DNA of 63,533 nucleotides, filler included, from Reclinomonas americana ATCC 50394 (Eukaryota): NCBI GenBank assembly GCA_048213135.1. It is 6 parts of 3 records of this genome, joined end to end, with 100 filler letters (N's around TTAATTAATTAA, not from the genome) between each part and the next. Parts side by side here need not be neighbours in the genome. Positions count along the whole stretch, not along the records: positions 61,582 to 63,533 come from PS015028.1; 5 more parts are not named here. One strand, 5' to 3'. Shown piece by piece: positions 61,615 to 63,533 of this stretch (position 1 is its first letter; each line of letters starts with the position of its first letter). The notes under the pieces were generated by a model. It saw only the letters and a program-made list of their open reading frames with translations, ran no database searches and was not told where the DNA came from. The position numbers and the translations under genes were made by a program.

Positions 61615-63533
61615 TTGCGTGGACAGTGCGCTTCAACACGTGCGTGTGCGCTTCGTTATTGATCTCCTGGGGTGTAGCTGACAGATTTGCCGCGCAACAC
61701 CGCGTGCGGCCGCGTCGAACTGGTGGCGATCCACAGACGCTGGTGGACGCTCGGCGCGCCGCCTCGTTCGTGTTGGCCACTTGGGCCACTCGTACCACCA
61801 TTGTGCGAAAACCACCAAGGTGGACTGACTGTGGATTGTGAGGCGTTGAGTTGTCTGCGTTTCTTGCACTGACCCTGCGCTCCGCGAACAGACCATCAGA
61901 GAGTGCCAAGCCTCGTCCACCACGCCCGCACTCCCAGTCTCAGTCCCAGCCACAGTCCCAGTCCCATACCCAATCCCAGTCACATTCACACTCACAAAGT
62001 AGTGCGCCGAGGCGCCGAGCGTCTGCCGAGTTTCGTCTCCTCCGCCCTCACTCCCCCCCCCTCTCCAGTCGTCTGCTTACGTGCAGTGGTTGTGTGCAGT
62101 GCCGGCGGTGGCACACAGAGCAGCATGGACAGCCCGTTGACTCCATTTACACCATCAGTCGCGGAACCGCTACCGCTGCAGATCGACGTACTGTGCACGT
62201 TTTACGACCCGCCTCCGCCGCCTGAACAGCGACGCGAGTCGCGGCGGCTCGCTGCTGCTACTGGATCCTCCTCCTCCTCCACCACCACTACCACGACGGC
62301 CGTGACAGAAAATGCCGCAGGACCAAGCGATGCACCAGTGGTGGATGCCGAATCCGAAGCAGCAAGTCCGCAGTACGTGCCACCGACACCGTCGTCCGAC
62401 ATTGTCACCACATTCCCACGGCTGCACTTGTGTCGTGCCACTCTTCCGGGTTACGCGTACGAGGGCGCTCGCACTTCACGTTTGCGTGTGCACAAGCCGA
62501 TGGAGGACCGCACCGTCTATCGGTACTGCGTCAGTTCGTTGCCGCATGTTGCCGAGTACCACGTATTGGTATGTGTCAGATACGATTGTGTGCGAGAGAG
62601 TGTGTGTGCGTGTGTGTATGTGTTTCGTTGATCGTCAATTGTGTCATTGCTGGTAGGTGGTTGCCGACGGCCATGGTTCGCCAGCAGCCGCACGTGTCTT
62701 GTCGATTCGTGCGTCGGAAAACGTACACGACTTGATCAGCAAACTCGAGCAGGAGGCGTGGTGGCAGGAACAGGCCCGCCTCGAATCGGTCGAGGCGCGT
62801 GAGCATCTGCGCGCTTTGTTGCTGCAGTTGGTGTTTCGGCTCGACTGCGAATTCCTCGATGAACGGAGGGCGGCATTGGAGCGGATAGCTGCGGAGCGAG
62901 AGAGTGCACTGGTGCGCCCATTGTCTCGCTTTTCGCATCTGCGTATCGTAGCTGACGCATGTCTTTTTCGTCGCTGGCACAGGCTGCAGGGGCCGTGGCA
63001 CCGACTCTCGACTTGCCGGTCGACGATGGCACTACACTGCTTATTGCCGTCGTGTACCAGCAGTGGGTGATTACATGCAATGTGGGCGACTCGCGATTTG
63101 GCATGTACGCCTCGTTCCCGGAGACGTGGACATCGCGCAAGCTGGGGCTGCCTCTGCTGTTCTCGACCATTGATCAGACACCGGGTTTGCGCCCGTTGAC
63201 CAATTGCATTGCCCACCACGGCGGCGCCTTCGAGAACCGCGGCGGCAACATCATCGGCAATATTTACTCGCGCGACGATGACGACCGGTCGCAGCCGCCA
63301 CTGAAGAAATCGCGCAAGGCAGATGTGCGCAGCAAGAGACGACCACCGACACTCGGTGAGCTACTGGCTGACGATGACGACGAGAGTGCGGGTGCTGCCG
63401 ATGACGATGGTGACGACGAGGAGTCGCATCAGCGGGCAGTGCCAACACCTGATATCGAGCACATGGTGATTCCACTTGTACTCCGGCAGTCGATGGTGGT
63501 GCACCTGTTTACCGTCATTGTTGTTACATTTGC
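61615..63533 (+). CDS. PP2C/PPM-family phosphatase (both ends incomplete)
   Basis: PMEDR, VVADGHGS, DDGTTLLIAVV, TCNVGDSR and STIDQTP are PP2C motifs. Preceded by low-complexity SQ/P-rich exons. Confidence 0.85.

Overview
Gene-dense, intron-rich (mostly 55-105 nt GT-AG introns) nuclear DNA of a eukaryote, probably a flagellated protist (CCDC17-like and LRRcap genes). Scaffold pieces are joined by N-flanked TTAATTAATTAA linkers. The internal N-runs behave as zero-length breaks, and four contigs are mis-oriented; flipping them restores splice sites and reading frames exactly. Genes found: glycerol-3-phosphate dehydrogenase, a divergent histone H3, TRAPPC11, SDA1, TMA16, CCDC17-like, NudC, CAMKMT, a TMEM244/SYS1-family protein, two LRR proteins, a permuted NlpC/P60-like protein, a MACPF-like protein, a TERB2-like BRCT protein and a PP2C. 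Highlights: (1) a giant (at least ~4,150 aa) Gly/Ser/Thr/Ala/Val beta-repeat fibre protein, encoded by a single exon of at least 11.8 kb and ending in an intron-split, phage-tail-type Peptidase S74 autocleaving chaperone plus coiled coil; (2) an abundant class of register-shifted 5' splice sites (N|GTTGCGT); (3) a TERB2-like domain possibly fused to PP2C; (4) a MACPF-like pore former with a duplicated C-terminal domain. All assignments are by eye from motifs; no database searches were run.
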